From assembly GCA_037447605.1 (NCBI GenBank), contig CM074810.1:124001-188000 (forward strand): 64,000 nt of DNA, written 5' to 3'. The notes under the pieces are model-generated. The model saw only the letters and a list, made by a program, of their open reading frames with translations. It was not told the origin of the DNA and searched no databases. Both the position numbers and the translations under genes were made by a program. This document shows positions 58,267 through 64,000 of the stretch, in pieces. Each line of letters opens with the position of its first letter. Within the stretch, counting starts at the first letter, position 1. The stretch is from Zygnema circumcarinatum SAG 698-1b (taxonomy: Eukaryota; Plantae; Zygnematophyceae).

Positions 58267-60873
58267 TATAACTAGATTCTGCACGTGCGGATTTGTACGC
58301 GTGTCACTGTACAGGTACATCCCGTGGGTGCCGTACGTTTCCGTCGCCTAGCAGAGCAGGCTGACGTGGATCCTGCCGACGCACGTGTGATAATATGTAC
58401 GGCACCAATCAGGTGACGCGCGCGTCTTTTGCAGGGCAAAAACGACGCCTTAAGCACTTTCTCAGATGTTTCGAGCGACGCCATGAGATGACGTCAGCAC
58501 GATGCATGTGATGCTGGCGATTGTTTGACAATGGAACATAAACCACTTGTTGGATTGGAGTCCATTTTTTTGTCCTGCCCGACCGTTAGCCTCGTGCGAT
58601 TTCATCCTCCGATTGGCCGCCTTCACGGATGGACCGCACCGAAAAAATCCTGCCGGGGGCCGGGGCCGGGGTCGGCGGATCCCGTGTGGTACGGACCGAC
58701 TGACGGCCAATAGGAGGCAGCCCCCACTGCCTCCCCTGCGCTCTGATTGGTGAAGGTCTCGTGGTTTCGGCCCTCCCGCTTGACCGTCAAGCCGCATACG
58801 TGCGGCTCGTATATTGCACGCGTGATCCGTACAGGAGGCACGTAATGTCCAAGCCGCGTTGGCATGGAGTGGCGTCATCTGCGTCACGCGCGTGACCAAC
58901 ATTTGCCGCCCAGGTCGCTAAAAGTCGGTGGGCGGCAACTGGAGCCTTCTGCCAGCTAGCAGGATACGTGGCAGACCGTACATTCACTGCCTGTAAAGCC
59001 GAAGAGGTTGAGAAAGTTGGGAAACGAGTTTAGTTGATTTCTGAATTCTCAATGTTATTAAATAGGGTTGAACTTTGAACTCTCGAAGTAAATTGTTTTT
59101 CGATTTGAGAAAGCGAAAAGCTTAAAATAAAAATTCACAGACTCAACATGTTCGTCGCACCTGTGGATTCCATTTTTGCAACGTTGGTTCTGTACAATTT
59201 GAGGGATCTGGTTAACCCGGGCCGATTTTGTTGTTCGTACGACTGTCCGCGCGAGCCGATCAACAATTTTCTTCACTAAAAAGCAGGTCCACGAGCTTTG
59301 CCATCCGCTAAAATCTCATTGTTGATCAGTGGGGACCCGACAAAAACTCAAACAGTAATTAATCGTTCAGCATTCAATTGGTTCTCCATATTGAGAAAAT
59401 AATTTAGAAATTCATTTCTCATTTCTCAAAATGAATCGTGTTCACAAATATATGGTTTCTTTATAAGAATCTGGTTTTGAAGGTATTTTTTTTTGAGAAG
59501 CTCAAATCTTAAATTTCTTTTTTCTCAACCTGTCTGGTTTTACGGGTACTTGTCGTTTTATTCAAGTGGACTCGAAAGGAAAAATTGTTCGTCATGTTCG
59601 TACATTGCTTTGTCTGTTTTCTACTACAATCCACCGCGTCGCCAAGTCAGCCACCACATACGACAAACAATATGTCCCGTCGGTATGCCGCAAATCATCT
59701 CCGAATCCCATCCCACGTGCGCAATATTGTCGTACCCACTGCGCGATTCCTGGGCGGCAAAAGTTGAAATCCACTTCAAGATCCTCACCCCTCAACATGT
59801 TATTACCTGCCCGGACTTCCCAACGGTCCCCCGTCCCGTCTGCTCCGCCAATGAAATTCACCGATCATTCCTCGGGCAGCACCAAAACATTCCGACCTCA
59901 AAACCAAGCGGACCGTACGGTTGGCACGACAAACACATTTGTCGCGAGCCCCCCCGTCCGTACGCCCTCCGGTCGGCCCATCCGCTCCCTCCCAGAGCCC
60001 AGTGCGACTGTACGGTCAGGCTCTGTACCTTCCTGTCATTTCGTACGTTGTCCGTACGGTGTACTACTGTACAGCGAATTCGTGCCGGGTGTACGGACGC
60101 GCTGCGGCGCGGCGCGGGGCGGCCCGGGGGAGAGGGAACGGGGCCGGCGGGGAGGGAGGGAGAGGGAAGGAGGGAGGGAGAGACGGGCGGGGCTCAGGGT
60201 TCAGGGAGGGGAGGGGGAGAGGGCGAGGTGGGGAGGGGGAGAGGGGAGGAGAGGCACGAAGGAGGGAAGGAAGGAGGGAGAGAGGATTCAGGGAGGAAGA
60301 GAGGGCGGGAGGGAGGGACTGGCGAGAAGGTGAGGGAGTGGTGGGGATGATGGGGGGGGGGAGGCTGTATGCGTCCGTGCATTCGGGCATGTATGGGGAG
60401 GCAGGTGCATGGGTTATGGGTAGGGGGAGGGAGGAGAGGTTTTGGGCGGTAGTGGCGAAGGTGGGGAGGTGGGGCGGAGAGGAATGGCGTGTTCTGATTT
60501 GGGGTGCGCTTTGTTTCTGGTTATGTCTGGGATTCGATTTGGGTTCGGCAAATGTGGTCAGGCATGGGGCTTTCCCTCTAATACAGAGATGATGATTGAC
60601 TTTCCTTCGTATAATTCGAGACATTCGCACACTTTCGACTCGAGTTGTGGCCTTCTAATGCCAATGTTCCATTCCTGCTTTACACACACCCCCCGTCTCC
60701 CCCTCCCCATTCATTTCCATATTCCTCCTCTCCCACTTATTGTGACCCTCTCTCGTCCCTCTCACCGTCCCTCACTTTCTCTCTCCCGACTCCTACCTTC
60801 TAATCCCTTTCATTGATCTTCCTTTCCCTCTCTCCCTTTCTATTCCTCCTCCTCTCCTCTCCTCTCTCCTCTA

Positions 60874-60911
<38 letters not shown>

Positions 60912-61401
60912 TTTTCTCTCTCTCACTCTCTCTCTCTCTCCGCTCTCTCTCGCTCTCTCTCTCTCTTTCTCTCCCTTTCTCCCTCATATTCCTCTCTCCT
61001 CCTCTCTCCCCTCGCTCACGACTCCCGTCCTTGCCGTGGTTGGATGCAGCATGACTTGACCACTCCGCCCCCCATGGCTCACAACCCCTCACGACCAGCC
61101 CTCTCTAAACTTCACTAACTCCACTCTGCTCATAGTACTCGGTGCCGAATTTGGCTCTCCCTCATCTCTCACCTTATCCTTCCATCTCTTTCAACAGTCC
61201 TCTCTTCCTCGTTCCCTCTCTCTCTCTCGCTCTCTCGACCCATTCAATCGTTTCGTAAGATCCAAAACCTTCTTGAAATTTAAAAACGACCCACTTTTCC
61301 AAAAAAGGCCCAAAGCTAGTTTTCGAGTTCCGAGTTTTGGATTCGTGGAACTTGGAGCTTCTATTCGACTTTTCCCCCTCCTCCTTCATCGAATCGAACC
61401 A

Positions 61402-62295
61402 ATGGGAGACGAGAAGGGCGATGAGACGACCAGTAGCGGCGGGACATGTGACGGAGTGACCAGTCCGCACGCGCCAGGTGGCGACACGAAGGGCAGTGCC
61501 GGATCCGGGGGGAAGGCAGCCAATCAGAGGTCGCCAACGTGGAAGGAGAGAGAGAACAACAAGAAGAGAGAGCGGAGACGCCGCGCAATTGCGGCCAAGA
61601 TCTTTTCGGGGCTGCGGGCGCATGGAAACTATAAGTTGCCGAAGGTGGGTCTGTATGAGGTGTGAGGGGAGAGTGAGCTGGGTAGGAGTGAAGTGATAAG
61701 GGTGGTGTAGATGAGGTAGGAATGGGGTGGAAGTGGGTAGTTGGGGTAGAAGTTGTGTATAGATTGGGGCTCGAAATAGGTTAGCCTTGTGGTCGGAATG
61801 GGATAGTGATGGTAGAAGTCGAAGGAGCAGTAGAAGGAGAAGTAGAAGGAGAAGTAGATGGAGTAGTAGAAGGAGAAGTAGAAGTAGAAGTAGAAGTAGA
61901 AGTAGAAGTAGAAGTAGAAGTAGAAGTAGAAGTAGAAGAAGAAGTAGAAGTGGAAGTAGAAGTAGAAGTAGGTTAAACATGGGGTGTTTATTGTGATACA
62001 TTGGAAAACAAGAAATACGGTGGCAGAGATGAAGATGGACGGTGGAGATGTGGTAGATTGAGGTAGAGTTGCATGCAAATGGGGTTCAGGTGAAACGTTG
62101 ATTGTGGGTGGTGCAATTAGAAGAGTGAAAGGGAGGGAAGTAATGATATGATTGCTGTCGGTCTCACACGTTTTCCCTTATGTTTCGGTGTTCCTTTTTC
62201 CCTCTTCGTGGCAGCACTGTGACAATAACGAGGTTTTGAAGGCACTCTGCGCGGAAGCAGGCTGGATGGTGGAAGAGGACGGGACCACCTACAAG
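61402..62295 (+). CDS. BES1/BZR1: BES1/BZR1-family transcription factor, DNA-binding-domain exons, copy A
   Basis: Exons 61402-61644 and 62215-62295: [37 protein letters not shown]|[27 protein letters not shown]. Confidence 0.93.
61830..61970. repeat. (GTAGAA)n hexamer in BZR intron; second copy ~63270-63405
   Basis: Seen directly; source of the poly-L, YF and RS ORFs. Confidence 0.9.
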
Positions 62296-62843
62296 GTAAG
62301 GCAGCCTCTCCCCCTCTCTCTCTCTCTCTCTCTCTCTCACGCGGGCCCCCTCCCTCTCTCTCTCACTCTCTCTCTCTCTCTCCGCTCTCTCTCGCTCTCT
62401 CTCTCTCTTTCTCTCCCTTTCTCCCTCATATTCCTCTCTCCTCCTCTCTCCCCTCGCTCACGACTCCCGTCCTTGCCGTGGTTGGATGCAGCATGACTTG
62501 ACCACTCCGCCCCCCATGGCTCACAACCCCTCACGACCAGCCCTCTCTAAACTTCACTAACTCCACTCTGCTCATAGTACTCGGTGCCGAATTTGGCTCT
62601 CCCTCATCTCTCACCTTATCCTTCCATCTCTTTCAACAGTCCTCTCTTCCTCGTTCCCTCTCTCTCTCTCGCTCTCTCGACCCATTCAATCGTTTCGTAA
62701 GATCCAAAACCTTCTTGAAATTTAAAAACGACCCACTTTTCCAAAAAAGGCCCAAAGCTAGTTTTCGAGTTCCGAGTTTTGGATTCGTGGAACTTGGAGC
62801 TTCTATTCGACTTTTCCCCCTCCTCCTTCATCGAATCGAACCA

Positions 62844-63731
62844 ATGGGAGACGAGAAGGGCGATGAGACGACCAGTAGCGGCGGGACATGTGACGGAGTG
62901 ACCAGTCCGCACGCGCCAGGTGGCGACACGAAGGGCAGTGCCGGATCCGGGGGGAAGGCAGCCAATCAGAGGTCGCCAACGTGGAAGGAGAGAGAGAACA
63001 ACAAGAAGAGAGAGCGGAGACGCCGCGCAATTGCGGCCAAGATCTTTTCGGGGCTGCGGGCGCATGGAAACTATAAGTTGCCGAAGGTGGGTCTGTATGA
63101 GGTGTGAGGGGAGAGTGAGCTGGGTAGGAGTGAAGTGATAAGGGTGGTGTAGATGAGGTAGGAATGGGGTGGAAGTGGGTAGTTGGGGTAGAAGTTGTGT
63201 ATAGATTGGGGCTCGAAATAGGTTAGCCTTGTGGTCGGAATGGGATAGTGATGGTAGAAGTCGAAGGAGCAGTAGAAGGAGAAGTAGAAGGAGAAGTAGA
63301 TGGAGTAGTAGAAGGAGAAGTAGAAGTAGAAGTAGAAGTAGAAGTAGAAGTAGAAGTAGAAGTAGAAGTAGAAGAAGAAGTAGAAGTGGAAGTAGAAGTA
63401 GAAGTAGGTTAAACATGGGGTGTTTATTGTGATACATTGGAAAACAAGAAATACGGTGGCAGAGATGAAGATGGACGGTGGAGATGTGGTAGATTGAGGT
63501 AGAGTTGCATGCAAATGGGGTTCAGGTGAAACGTTGATTGTGGGTGGTGCAATTAGAAGAGTGAAAGGGAGGGAAGTAATGATATGATTGCTGTCGGTCT
63601 CACACGTTTTCCCTTATGTTTCGGTGTTCCTTTTTCCCTCTTCGTGGCAGCACTGTGACAATAACGAGGTTTTGAAGGCACTCTGCGCGGAAGCAGGCTG
63701 GATGGTGGAAGAGGACGGGACCACCTACAAG
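62844..63731 (+). CDS. BES1/BZR1: BES1/BZR1-family transcription factor, copy B (downstream exons outside window)
   Basis: Exons 62844-63086 and 63651-63731, same protein sequence as copy A. Confidence 0.93.
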
Positions 63732-64000
63732 GTAAGGCAGCCTCTCCCCCTCTCTCTCTCTCTCTCTCTCTCTCACGCGGGCCCCCCCTCCCTCTCTCTC
63801 TCACTCTCGCACCCCTCTCTCTCTCCCTGTAGGTGTGTGTGTCTGTACGTTTCTTCTTTGATTCGTTCTTTTAAAGAGTAAGGCCCTTTACCTCCTCCTT
63901 CACACGTTCCTCACACTCCCTCCTCTCTCCCTCCTTCGCTCTTGCCCTCTCTCTCCAGTGCCCCTCTCCCCCCAAACGCGCGCTCTCAGACGCTCCCAAG

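Larger units (their letters stand above)
60917..63800 (+). repeat. Near-identical ~1.44-kb tandem duplication covering BZR exons 1-2
   Basis: Offset 1442 at exon 1 and 1436 at exon 2 (one GTAGAA unit fewer); junction lies in CTCTCTCACTCTC microsatellite. Confidence 0.95.

Noticed and set aside
61174-63514. Poly-Leu, YF-repeat and RS-repeat ORFs
   Set aside because: Frames of the (GTAGAA)n intronic repeat, antisense to or within the BZR introns.

Overview
Eukaryotic nuclear DNA, intron-rich and gene-dense, with no prokaryotic features. Inferred source is a streptophyte, probably a charophyte alga: it has a BES1/BZR1 factor, an N-acylated RLCK, a plant-type PEPC ending in QNTG, Arabidopsis-type TTTAGGG repeats, and introns full of (GA)n/(CT)n/(CCCTCT)n tracts. 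Spliced by hand, in order: iPGAM copy 1 (+, 5' end outside window), plastid group-3 LEA (-), RLCK-VII/PBL-like kinase (-, last exon frameshifted), FKBP17-1 (+), PEPC (+, 14 exons), STEEP1/DUF167 protein (+), METTL22-like (+), ankyrin-RCC1 IBTK-like protein (+), SYS1 (+), iPGAM copy 2 (-, cut by a 100-N gap), rhomboid RBL11-like (-, cut by the same gap), LCM-family methyltransferase (-), and a BES1/BZR1 gene whose first two coding exons are tandemly duplicated (+). Most long ORFs in the track are microsatellite artefacts. Best leads: the BZR exon duplication, which could splice in frame into a two-DNA-binding-domain protein (or be an assembly artefact); a ~930-bp foldback element 112 bp upstream of a start codon; telomere-repeat tracts inside introns; and a 60-bp repeat that multiplies a PEPC splice donor five times. 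Exon coordinates are manual and all homology calls are from memory of the families, not from searches.
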